From contig OZ286465.1 in the NCBI GenBank assembly GCA_965644265.1, positions 95,976,001-96,040,000 of the forward strand: a stretch of 64,000 nucleotides of DNA, read 5' to 3'. This DNA comes from Glycera tridactyla (lineage: Eukaryota). Shown here piece by piece: positions 13,557 to 26,357 of the stretch. The notes beneath the pieces are model-generated. The model saw only the letters and a list, made by a program, of their open reading frames with translations, was not told the origin of the DNA and did no database searches. How positions within the stretch are numbered: the stretch's first letter is position 1; every line of letters begins with the position of its first letter. The position numbers were made by a program, and so were the translations under genes.

Positions 13557-14789
13557 CTCAGTCTCTCTCTTGAAGGCATACATCATTGGAATCACAATGC
13601 AAAAGGGTGCATTTTTGTGCAATGTTTATGTATAAGTGTAGGTGCAATTGCCAATGTGCAATTCTCCTGCCCGGTGCAGAAAGTGCATATGAATAAGATT
13701 TTCTATTGATGTACATCTTGAATAATGCTAACACAAACCTGCAAAGACAGATAGGAAAATACTCTAAACCCAGTTAAATGAGACTGTGATCATACATGAA
13801 TACGCCCTAGTCCCACCAGCACATGATATGCAACTCCAAAAAAGTACATCACCATAAACAGCAGTGCAGTAACCAATTTAACCAGAGAATGAGTATCCGA
13901 AAAAGAAAGATACTATCGGTTGTTGAGATTTTCAGCTATGCTAAGAAGTACATGAAGGATGTGCTTCGAAAATCATTTTTGGGTGATTTATGCAGTATAT
14001 CCATAGACCGGGGAAAAATTTCACATCGCGCATGACCTCGTCATGAAAGTGGTGCTGGGCTCCCCTCAGAATGACTGCTTTTGATTACCATAATTATTGT
14101 GCTGCAATGAGGCATGATAATCCATGGATTCTGTATTTCTCTCTTGCAAAATAGCTAGGATAACACCGGCTTAAGGAACTGAGATTAGGCTTGCTGATTT
14201 CATCCATGCACTTCTTATTTGCTACAGTATACAGTTGATAAGACGAATGACAGCTACTGTCTGTATGATCACAGCCAAATTTAACAGGTCATATTAACAA
14301 TACAACTGTCCTAGCCAACACTAATAATGTTACCACCCAACCGTGATGCAGATCTCATCCAAGATTCCTCATAGCCAAATAGCTCATTGAAATATTCCAG
14401 AAATAGCAATAAAGGCTACAAGATTTCATACAGATGGTGACTGAAAGTCATTGAGTGTGTCCAGGTTGTAAAATAATTCACAACAGAAACTTGTGCAGGA
14501 TTTATTCAAGTCAGCTTATGCTTCAACCCCTCCCACTTTTGAAGGAAATTACACATCTTTCAGTGCTTGGTCTCCCATGGTTTACATAGATTGCTATCAT
14601 GTCATCAAATAGGAGTCAACTGGTGCATCTTGTACTGCGTTGTAGCAAAGTGAAATACAGATTTTAACACTATCAGCTATCTCTAAAATTTGCCAGGATG
14701 AGTCCTATAAGCCACTCATACTAAAATAGCATCAATATCGTGATTGGAATGGATAGCAACTTTAGTTGAATGACAACATTTCAGTCTTG

Positions 14790-15425
14790 GTGATATAGCA
14801 AACATCACTTTTGCATTGACTTCAGAAATTCAAACAGACCCTGCCAACACAGCCTCAAATCCAACAATTACATGAAATCAGGATGACAGTCTCATAATAA
14901 TGTTGGATATTCCTATGAATTCATTCTTTGTTTTGTGTGCACGAAACTGACAGTGCACTCACAGCACTCCTGTTGGTGCCCAATAGATGTCTGTACACTT
15001 TCAAGTACTGATTTGAGATAGGGCTAGCTACCAAGAAAATTGGCCAACCGATGCTTACACAGCAGAGTGAAATCACATTCCATTAAGATCAGCACAACAG
15101 ATAATTAGGTCACAGTTGTATAACAACAAATGGGGAATGAGCAAATAGGTCACATGATCAATCAACATGCTTCATGAGATATGATCCATAACACACACAT
15201 ATGCACACACACACAATATCACTTTCATTCCATGTCCACTAATAATTCCATCTTAGGTCTATCAAGATAAAGTGCTGATCGGAACGAAAGCGACGGATTT
15301 CCGGCTCTCACTCAAACAAATCAAGAAACTCTCTTTGATGCAAGAAATCCGTCTATTAAATAATGTGGCTGTCTGGAAACATCTCTGCATGAACATCTTT
15401 GCATCAGGATTGTCTATAAACCCAT
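14790..15425. repeat. Segmental duplication copy B (paralog of 1-925)
   Basis: See copy A; offset about 14.8 kb. Confidence 0.9.
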
Positions 15426-17963
15426 GCAAGTGTGTGTTTGCAAGTGTGTGCTCACCAGACCATGTAGAACATAGCGTTGTCCCCGTCAGTATCAGAACAT
15501 CCTGGTCACTGGAAAATGGTTGGACAGTCTGTGTCAGACATTTTTAAGGTGGAATTAAGTGCATATCTGGATTCTGCAAATCTCAATTCATACTTAGACT
15601 GAACAAGATAGTGAAAAAAACATCAAAGTACATAAACTGTGATGAAAAATTTAGGGTGTACAGTTTCTATGAGAAAGACAGAAGTACTTGACATCATTCT
15701 TTGAATCTCATTCCATATCTCCATAAGATCACAGAAACCAGGGCAGACAACTTCCTGTACCAGTAGGAGAAATTGCACCAAGCCAGAAGAAACTATCATG
15801 GCAACTGTAACTGTAATGGCGACTCACTCGGTCCACAAAGCAGAATCATCCCACAAGATGAAATGAAAACAATTGCCAGAGGTACATTTATCGTTCATCA
15901 AGTAGGTGCCCTCCATTCGGTCACCTATCACAAATCCATCAGTCTCACTTCATATCATACGAAGAGAACAAAAAATGGATGCCATTGCACACTCTGTGGA
16001 TGAACTAGAGTGGAATGTGTGAACCAGAGGAGAGTGGAGGAATAGAGTCTGGGCAATTCTCATGGTATTGCAGCAATTCGTCAGACAAAGTTTGTGGTCC
16101 ATTCATTTATACAAACTCCAACTGGATGAACAGTTGAGCAACATGGATGAATTTGGTTCCAAGATCATTGGGACCTTACAATCTTTCTTCAGTCGGTGAT
16201 TCCTAAAATAATGTGCACTCCTATTCTATAGCTTGGATATCATCCCAACAAAGGAAGTGACAAAAAAGTGCAATCCCTCTCACACATGCTGAGAGGAGAT
16301 GCATGCGATGTTACGATTATAACATTTACGCGGATGTAGGAATGAATACAATGATTCATAATTGCCAATCAAGATCTTTTAATCTTTGAACAAGTGTTCG
16401 TACAGAGCTTTGATACAGTCACCATGACAACCAATACAACAATTTGTAATTACAATCACAACCATCTTCACTCATGCACATCTAGTGTTCAGAGGGATTG
16501 AAAATGTTCCAACTGAGACTTGTTCCGACCAGTGAGGACCATGATAAGCTATCTATGTATCCCATGACATTTCAAAATACATCTTGATGAGAAATACATA
16601 CCATGCTCAAATCAGATTCATCCTTATTTAGTCCAATGAAAGTCAATGCACTTTATGATTCAAGAATGGATATCCTATCGATTTGCTTTTTACAGTGTTT
16701 TACAGTGTTAGGGCGTTAGTTGATATGAATAACACAAGAAGAGATGAAATCCAAACCCCATTTTGAGAGAATTCATAATATTTACAAAGATAACAAACTG
16801 TATGTAATTGACACAAGAAAAAGAAGTTCAGATAACACAAACAATATAACATCTACTTGGAATTTTAGAAAAGATCCTGACAGGAGCATCAGTTTCATTC
16901 GCTTCAATCAGAAGACTTCTCATACTTGTTAAGTGAATAGAATCCTCTTAAATTCACTATACGGTATCTTTGATCATTTACTTGCAGGTACTTCTCTGGT
17001 ACTGAGATCATCTGTCCATCATTTTTGTCACTGAATGGCCAGAACCCAAATGCATGCATATTTCCCATCCCAATCATTGAATCCTCCAATTACATTCTCC
17101 AAATCTGCAGCCATGGAAACGACTGCATTCCTTTTTCATTTTCTTCCCTTGTGACCTGAAGGAAGTGAATAAGGTAACCTCTTATCTCCATTTATCCCAC
17201 TGATTTGGATAAAAACATTGGCCTAACATATTTCTCAGCTTTTGGAATCGAGGAAATTATGGCCTCATTTTGTATATTAATCCAAACTTTGGATGCAGGT
17301 CAAAAATGGGAAATGAAATGGCTGCTCAAGGTCTCTTTCATCTCATTCTGGATTACTGATTTTCACCTGCAGCCCAGAATCTAGAATGATAGGAATGACT
17401 ACCCCATTTACAATGTATTCTCCCATTTGAATATCCTGTTTCCTAAAAAAGGACAAATGACTGCCACATGCTTTCATTTATTTCCTGAGTTCCAACCAAT
17501 AACCATAAGTTTAAATGGTTGCCCTCATTGACTTTGAAGTCCCCAATGACAACAAAAGTTGTTATCTGTATAGGTACAGGTCAACCTTGATTCCCTCATT
17601 GTGCTAAAACTTCTTGGGTCTGCACACAGCATAGGATACTCCTTCTCACTCCTGGATCCACCGGAAAATATAACAATACTCCAGTGACAAACTCTAAAAT
17701 CAAATCACAACAAATGGCTCATTACGTATCACAATCACATCACTTATGCATTATCAATGCAACCTTTCCCTTCTCAATTCTTCAAAAATATTCACTCTGT
17801 ATTCATCAATTCCATCCTCAACCTACAGCCACAATACTCCATGATATATGTGACGAGTGCCGTAGGCATTGACCTCCTAGTCACCCACTGCTGTACTCTG
17901 TAGACTATATCGTGTATGCAAAATGTATAGTACACTGCACATGCTTTACTGGGACATAAATTT

Positions 17964-18129
17964 ATCCAGCCTCAGTCTGGTGCAAATGCCACTACTCAGC
18001 CTCATTTTGGTGCACACACAGCCATTCAGTCTCATTCTGGTGCAAACACTGTAATCTAACCATATTTTGATGCACACACAGCTACTAAACCTCACTCTTG
18101 TGCATTCTCAGCCCTCCAGCCTCAATCCC
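17964..18129 (+). repeat. Degenerate 30-bp tandem repeat, about 5.5 units
   Basis: Units atccagcctcagtctggtgcaaatgccact / actcagcctcattttggtgcacacacagcc / attcagtctcattctggtgcaaacactgta etc. Confidence 0.75.
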
Positions 18130-19313
18130 ATCCACATATTATAGGAGAATTTGAATTTGTCAAAACAACAGCAAGGAGGATGAAGCCACCTGGAGACCAG
18201 TATGAATCAAAGCCTGCCTGATGCTTGCCTATATTCAGGAACACTATATCAAATTTAAGTTAGGGATGACACACCCAAATCCTATCATGCGATTACTACA
18301 CATGCTCAGTTGATAGCGTACAGAATCTCAAGAGCAATACGGTGAAATAATGCCCCTTCCAAACCAGATTTCAAATGACTGACTTTGATCTATGAGAGCT
18401 CAAATCACAGTGACCTATATGACATATGATGCCAACAGTCAAAAGCAAGAGAAACCTAGATTGGAATTATAACTGAAGATATCACAGTTCACAGGCATGA
18501 GCGAGGAGTAGCTGGCAAATCGAACTAAGGCTTATATTCAAAAATAAGTCAGATGATTGGCCGACCAAATGCATGAGCTCATTACTAATATGATGATTTC
18601 TAGCTGCATTCTCCAACCAGATTGAACGTGATTCCATTGCAAAGTGCAGAGAAACTAACAGCAATCCTGTCCAAGGTATACATATGATGTGACTGAAGGT
18701 AACCGATGTGCAGAGATGACTTGATCAACGTGTACACAGGAATCATGTCAGGAAATGAGTGAGACAATCATGATGCTATTTCTGTGATGATACCATTTTT
18801 TTCTTCATGGCTGAAGATGCTGGCTGTCCATGAAGCATCAGTATTGGAATGGATTGTTGGTGCTTCTCATTGGATGCAAAAACATGCTTGAAATGAAGAA
18901 GAGGGAAAAACACAAATACTCGTTTGACATCAATTTGGGCTGACTAACACATCCGCCTGTGGAACATCTACTCCCCTGAGTCTGCTGAGTTCAAAGGTCC
19001 ATTGCAGTCGGACCAAGATCAACCCTTAGGTGGGTCCTTGGCCGACCCATCTCCTCACAGTCTTGAGCAGCATCACACGGTACGATCACCATGACAACAG
19101 CCCAGTGGGCAGATGACATCATTTCAACATTGATACAATGTTGAAACCACATCATTTCAAGGTCAAAGCAATGTTGAAATTGCATCATTTGCCTGCTGAG
19201 AGGAATGCAATCACCATGACGACCGAGCTGGCTTGGTGAAAACCAAGCAAAGTGGAAACCACGGAAACAAAAAAGTCCAATGTCTTATTGTCAGAGTCAA
19301 CATCAGCTATCTC

Positions 19314-19595
19314 CTATAATGTAGATATCCGAACAACCGGATTTTGTCCATTGCCACCCGCAGGTGAACCGCTGAGTATGGGCTCAAGCTCCGATGTGGT
19401 GCTAGGCCGAGGCATTGTCACTATGGCTGTTGTTACAGTCGTATTATTGGCTTTGTTGTTGCCTTCATCAGGCAGCGTAATGGCGTTCAGACTTGAGCGC
19501 GAGTTTCCCCGATATTGTGGCAACCGGATTGTGATGTCATTCAACTCATCTGTGTTGCCTCTGCCCGGCAAGGTTACAGGGTTTTGTGGTGCAGC
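19314..19595 (-). CDS. Terminal coding exon of an unidentified spliced gene (93 aa plus stop; disordered C-terminal tail)
   Basis: Strong acceptor ttctatttgttttttccag|GCT, phase 0. The frame is open to TAG at 19316-19314: AAPQNPVTLPGRGNTDELNDITIRLPQYRGNSRSSLNAITLPDEGNNKANNTTVTTAIVTMPRPSTTSELEPILSGSPAGGNGQNPVVRISTL. GC is higher than in the flanks. Confidence 0.7.
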   Translation of the reverse strand, partial: AAPQNPVTLPGRGNTDELNDITIRLPQYRGNSRSSLNAITLPDEGNNKANNTTVTTAIVTMPRPSTTSELEPILSGSPAGGNGQNPVVRISTL

Positions 19596-21941
19596 CTGGA
19601 AAAAACAAATAGAACTTGGTCAAACATATATCAAATACACTGAGAACGGCACATGAATATGAATCAAAATATCACCATCTGGTACTCAAATCATTCATCA
19701 GGTATTCACATCAAGTATCATGACATCTGAATAAAATCAAGTACATATCTGTTACTGGAAACAGGAGAAAAATTAGGCATTTTGAATATTGAAGTGGCCA
19801 CCATTCGGAATCATCCCAATAAGGTGAGGTAAACACAAATGAGTAATACGTCCCATAACACGTCTTCTTCTTCATTCTGCGATTATGATTGATAATTCAT
19901 GTCTGACATATATTGAGAGGTCTTAGTACTTGCCTGAGCAAAGCCTCTCAATTAAGTTCCTACTGTCACACAATATGTCTAGGTATGATTGGGAGATGGA
20001 ATAACTGTACCAACAGCTTCAAATAGCAATAAATTTCAGGAATGTCAATTCAGGATGAACAGAAAGATTTTGAGCTAGGCTCTTACAGAGTTATAATTGG
20101 CCAGGCAGTTAGCTTCAGCAACTTTGACAGGCAAAATGAGTTCAAAATCTGTTACATCCGTGAAAATCATGGTCAAGTTGCTATAATACTGGGAAAATCA
20201 TTTCAGTCATTTCACATTTTCTTATTTTTTACTTTCTTTCTATATTTTGTGATATTTCAGTACAAAGAACTCCATCTGGACTCACATTAGTATTTCTCTC
20301 TTCCTTATTTTCAATTTCCATCAGATATGATACGCTACATCGGTAGCCCAATTATAGAATTGTAGAATGGTCATGTAAAATGGGAGCTCCCTGCTTTGAA
20401 TGACCCGTCTGACTAGATGTGCCGTGACTGCATGATAAATGACAGATACTATGCTGACCATCACACAGATGCTGTAGATTGGGAGATATTCTGGGGACAG
20501 GTCTTCTATTCCAGGACATTGAGATTGTTTTACAGTTTGAACTTTCATTTGACTCCATATTGTGCCTGACAACATCAAGAATGCATACACATGAATATTC
20601 GTGGTGGCCCAATCCTCATCTAAGGGCTTACAGTCACTTTTGCCTTTTCCCATGAATCATTTGTTAGAGGCAACAATGCTTATGTTCGAAGCTTTTGTTC
20701 GAAGCTGCTCCACAGCAATAAACAGATGCAAACCCTTTTCAGATACATAAGATTTCATACACAAATTCTTTATAGGATAGATGAAAATTGAGCTCATAGA
20801 AATGCAAGAGAGTTCTAGGTAAGTAGCAGCATTTATATTCATTACCGGTCTGTAGTTACAAGACTGATTGAATGACTTGTTGCATTGTATCCCAGGCTAA
20901 ATAAAATACATTCAGGGACAAAAAATCATGAATGTAATTAGTCATGAGTTGCTGCTACTCAATCAATCATGAATTGTGAAAATACAACCAATTTTCAACA
21001 CTAGTATTCATACAGTGTCCTTCAAAACATGTTCAGCTGTTGTTGATTCAAAGCAACACCTAGCAATACATAGATGGCGAATAATATTACACTGGCCATA
21101 GACATCCACATTTATAATACACCATAGAAATAGTAAGGGCTGAAATTATGATCTCACTTCCGATAAAATAAACGAAGAAAAACACCGGGAATGACATACT
21201 CGGGAAAGATAAATGGAAGGAAGACTGCCATCTTTATGTCAGTATGATCAGAGATTACAGCATTATTGAATGCATGCATGATTTGCAAATGTGAGAAAAT
21301 GCAGAACATCGGCCAGCTAAGCTACTACACAACTAAGACAAGCAAGCATGGCTGGGACATCTGAACTCATATGGTGAACATGAAATGACAAAGTCCCCAA
21401 TCTGTAACACAGTCAGGCTCAACTTCAGTTTGTGAATGCGACCTCTCAGTTAGGAACAATGAATACAGGCAATATACAAATGGATACTTTTAGCAATGAT
21501 ATTGCATCTTGCCAGTCGCAATCACCGATTCTGTAACAGTTTATGTCAAAGCATGCACACTAATAAAGTCAGACCTATCAACAAAGACCACCCTTGGTTG
21601 GATCTCCTGTAAATGGTGGTCTATATATAGAGATTATTCCCTTCAGGAAATACTATCATTGTCACTGCTCATAGTGGTCTTTGTATAGAGATGATTTCTT
21701 GAGCAGGTACAACTACTCTCTCTCTCTCTCTCTCCCTCGCTCTCTCCACACACCTCATACCTGCATACTACAACCACAAATGAATACAACATAGGGTAGG
21801 GAAACAAAATATGATATGTTTGAATGTATGAATACAATATGCATGTTACAACACAGCATGTGGCACTGCGCCTCTTGCTAGATGTACAACCTGTGGCATG
21901 GAAAGCCATATCATAGGAGATGTAGCATATCATTCAGAATC

Positions 21942-21943
<2 letters not shown>

Positions 21944-21999
<56 letters not shown>
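21944..21999. repeat. (TCTG)14 microsatellite
   Basis: Direct reading. Confidence 0.97.
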
Positions 22000-23252
22000 A
22001 ACCTTTCTTGCTCCCTTAGTTGATGAGAAGTGATTTCTTGAATGTACCCCATTCAAAGTTTACACATGTTTCTCCTCAGTATACAAAGCAGCTTTCCCGC
22101 TGGTCTTTTCTATCACAGCAACACTACCTAGACTCTATAATGGAAGTACTTGGGAAAATTATACAGCTCTGTCTTCAACGAAAACTTTGAGAAGAAATTT
22201 GGACAACCGACAAGATTTGGCTGTCATCACCACATGGAAGTATGATAGCAGTCCAGAATCACAAGAAAAGAGAAGAGTAAATTGAAGGGTCAGTCATTTG
22301 TGGTCTATCCAAAGTTGAGAAAAATGTGAGGTGACATCTTCCTGAAATCAGTGAACTGTGATCTTGCGGATTCAACCAGTGATATCGCAACCTCCCAGCT
22401 GTGATACAGTGAAGGCACTCAATTATTATATAGCATAATTCCTACGTCCCTCAATCGGTTGATACATTCAACTAATTCTATCATGTCACTAATGGAGGAT
22501 CTATTGAGATGCAAAGTGAGGAAAAAATCTCATGGCGCAGATGTGGACCTCAAACCTCCATCACATGTGTGCATTTTCCCCTGTTGCCCATCTTCCAGCT
22601 GCATCCTTAGTGTGAATTCCACTGCTTGGTCACTATCGGGTTGGAAAATGGGTGGGAGAGGTGGAATACACAGATCAGATAAAGTGGATGATGGCCAAAA
22701 ATGCACACATGTGACACAGTCTTATTTAAGTGAAAGCTAAACCATGTCAAATGAGACTGAGTCTATTGATGTAGAATTAGGTGAATGAACATCAAGAATT
22801 CTGTCAGTGTCATCATACCAATGACCTTCATCCAACAACAAAACTTCTTTTAATGACTTGCTGATTGAATCAAAATAATGTCCCATAATGCAACACTTCC
22901 GCGACAATGACAATATTGATGAGTGTCACCGTAAGAAATGCAATACACTAGGTTTCTGTTTTGTACTCTCAGATTTGCTACAGCTAGAGTACATCTCATT
23001 TTGCAGAAATATATCACCACCTTCCAGCAAATTCTGCAAAAGTTTTGAGGGCTGTCAACAAAAATATTCAGTAAATTCATGTAAACTTTCTGAAATGTAC
23101 AAAATGTGAAATTCATTGTGTCGGCTGACTGCTCATTCATGTAGAACATGAACATTAAGTATGAAAAAAATTGATTTTAATTTCACGCCACTCATTGACT
23201 GGACCATCATCCTGTGATATCTTGGCCATATCTATGTATGCAGTCTTTCAAT

Positions 23253-23546
23253 TTAGCCACTCCCACAAATACCGAGGAGAGTGAATTTGGTTTTGGAAGA
23301 GTGAAAAGACAAACTGACTCTCCCGATGGGAGAGTGTAAATTTTTCACTTAATCATGAAGTGATGAATTTAACATGAGGACAGAACCCCAGAGCTCTGAC
23401 TCCATTAACAAAAACAAATTGCCTACGAGATGACTTTGTATATCTACACAGTTGTTGTTCTGAAGAACACGCTTTTTCAGGGGAGAGTGAATTCATTTTC
23501 CTGAGAGCAATTATTCCAGTCTGCTCTCCCGATGGAGAGTGGCTGA
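23253..23546. mobile_element. MITE-like element with short TIRs
   Basis: Left end ttagccactccca vs right-end reverse complement tcagccactctcca. Internal palindrome actctccc-gat-gggagagt (23317-23335) recurs near the right end. No clear TSD. Confidence 0.55.
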
Positions 23547-24495
23547 GAAAGTTTCTCGTGAAGACTGATGTATGTATTTTTCTTTATTTCTGGAGCAAGG
23601 TGGTGAGGAAATACATGGGAAATGCCTGGGATGATCAGGATATGATGTACTCTTAAAACTCTGTATACATACATAAAACTCCACATTCAATCTAACTCTC
23701 ATCTCAAATTTGTCAACGTGAGTACCCGCAAGTATGTTCCAGGCCCTTTAACCCTTCAACTCTCGGATCCCTACAGAGAAAGACGTCTCAGTTTCTTGGA
23801 AGCTCAGCTGTGGTGTTTCTAAACTGAGACCTTTGCACAATGCTCCAAGGGCATGTATACATCCCATGAGAATTAAAGTGTGGCATTTTCTGATACATTA
23901 GGATCTACCAGATTCTCCTAGGAGGTTTTCAACATCACAGTCCCTACTGACAGATTCTTGATGATTAGGCCGGTGAAATGTCATTTGCTGTTCAACTGAA
24001 AAAAACACTTGAGTGGCTTGTGATGTGAATAATGAGTACAAGAGACGTGTCTCACTAGTATCTGCTATTCCAACAGGTAGGTTTCCTGCAAGTGGGAAGA
24101 GAAAAGGTTTAATCATATGCATCATTCTTGCACTTAAGAAAAAAAATGAGAGCTCATATAGTAGGTAAGATCAAGAATATGTCTCTCTGCAATCAAGGTG
24201 TGATCATGGGAAGGACTTTGCCGGTTCGAAGGATCCATGAAATCTTGAAAATATATCTAGTTTTTATTTACTTCCTGGAACTGTTTTCACTCACTCATGC
24301 ACATGCATGCACCCACACACGCACACATGTATGGTCGTTTCTGCCGAAGTTACCTATCCAGCATGGGTTTAAGAGACTTCAAACATTATTTAATCAATCA
24401 ATCAATCGATCAATCAATGTCCTGAGTAATGTACTAGGAAGAGTGACTTCCCTACCGTGTGTATGTTCATAGATTTGCCTCATATAGCCAATGTA

Positions 24496-24654
24496 CAGTG
24501 AAACCTGCGACGAGAGACCACCGAGGGGAGACCCCTTTTCCTGGGCACCTTTTCTATTTGAAATAGTCAAATATACCTCAGAGGAGAAATCACCTCTTTT
24601 GAGAGACCGCCTTTTGGTGACATATAGGGTGGTCTCTCATCACAGGTTTTACTG
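24496..24654. mobile_element. Tc1/mariner-pogo-type MITE (CAGT...ACTG, TA-flanked)
   Basis: ta|cagtgaaacctgcgacgagagaccacc ... ggtggtctctcatcacaggttttactg|ca; TIR about 27 bp. Confidence 0.85.
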
Positions 24655-26033
24655 CATATACATGCATAGACAGCACAAATGCATGATGGTGATTCACCTC
24701 AAGTACAACAAAATACGAAGCTATTGCCCACATAATATCAATTACTTGAACAGTGAATGAAACACGATATCAATGCTCAGAGCAGCAAGTAGTACTCAGT
24801 CATGAGGCAGTGCTGATGCATCGCCATCAGTGATGGGGAGTTTCTAATGAAACTACGTTTCACCATCGTAATGTACAAATTACAATCTGAGAAATCATCC
24901 AATTTCATTTTGCTTTCAATCTGGATCTCAAGCATGGCACCAACTACCTAGCCTGTGATGGTGCGAGCTGTCTCATGCACTGAGCTATGTAGACTGCCTC
25001 AGAAAAGCGCAGAATAACCCCACCAGGAGCACATTTCACTTTCACCTTAGATTTTTCAAATGGTAGCGCCCATGAATGCAGAATACCGGTATGCAAGGTG
25101 AATCCGCGCAACTGAGGTGGTTGTTTTGTCGATGATATTGGAATGATGGATTCATTACAAATCTGGTTCACTCGGAAATCTACCCCATCTGACAGCATGA
25201 TATGTAAAAACATACTCATGTAAATCCATTGTTCAAATCAGATTTTTCCCTGGTTTTGTACAGGTTAAAAACTCATTGGGCTATTGTCTTTCACCAGTCT
25301 AAATGCTGCATGGAGGTAGCAAAGTTAAACAGATTGGTAGAAAATGCCACACGTTCTTCAAAGTATACCTAGGGAAATATTAGGTTAGTCACCCTGTGAA
25401 CCAGGAATGACATGAAATCTGTAGTTTAATATTGATACATGATTCCTTGATTTAGTATGTTTATATCACTTCATGCATTGAGTAGATTCCACCCTTGTTT
25501 GCTCATCTGTAGCCAACTATTGTGTGTAGAAACAATTATATGTGCATGCATTGCTATTTACGACTCATGAGAATATTTGTCAATTATCAGTGATTCAGGT
25601 AACAGTGTCTGAGCCAAGCCTTTTGGATTTCCAGATGTTCGATCTTGACACATCAAGGCATAGTTTATCCATAGTATCAAAACTATGAGCAAATATCACC
25701 ATTCTCCAGCTATGGCAAATCCAATGTGAGATAGATTCTTGACTGTGCCAAATTACGGTTTCATGCCCCTTTGCTCATATCTAAGTCATCAGAATATTCC
25801 CTAAGAAGCTAATTCCTGCATATTGGCTTGGGAAATTACCCTGAAATTCAGCATGGAAATTAGTAGCAATGATGAATACACAAAACCTGAATATTAATCT
25901 GATTGTGCAACTGAACCAATTATCTAACGTATCCGTAACAAGTTTCATCAGCCTTAGAATCATTTTCAATCTTGATTTCAAACATTTTTTATCAGTACCC
26001 AGATAATTCATGTGGAATGTCCTTAACCTCCAA

Positions 26034-26047
26034 GCGCCACCTAGTGG
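26034..26047 (-). promoter_or_regulatory. CTCF consensus motif
   Basis: gcgccacctagtgg = reverse complement CCACTAGGTGGCGC, matching the CTCF core. Motif match only. Confidence 0.45.
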
Positions 26048-26184
26048 AGATGAGTTCTGAAGATGGCTGCTGGGAGTTGCCACAAGGTGGACTCAAGGGT
26101 GGAAGATACAACCTAACTGAGAAAAATTCATCAATGAGTAATTAAACGATTCACTAAAGTCAAGTTAGTTTACTTGAGAAAAGA

Positions 26185-26357
26185 ATTTATATCATTCTCC
26201 TCTGAATGTGACAATGGCAATGTGTAACAGATGCAAGTAATGAACTGGTTCCTTGCTGAAAAGTTGTGATGTAAGGAATCTTTCATGCAAATGCACTTGA
26301 AAGAATAATAAAAACTTCGAAAAAACGACATATCGGAATGGACGGATTGAATATGAT
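26185..26357. repeat. Local duplication (paralog of 28036-28208)
   Basis: ctctgaatgtgacaatg...atgaactggttccttgctgaaaagttgtgatg...tttcatgcaaatgcacttgaa is shared; offset 1851 bp. Confidence 0.85.

Noticed and set aside
16000-17880. Possible CR1/L2 LINE (minus-frame TTFVVIGDF near 17545)
   Set aside because: Only one endonuclease-like GDF motif; I could not recover the other APE or RT motifs in order, so it is not called.
19252-19656. 134-aa plus-strand ORF with a hydrophobic stretch
   Set aside because: It is the antisense shadow of the minus-strand exon, starts at a non-ATG codon, and the splice signal supports the minus strand.
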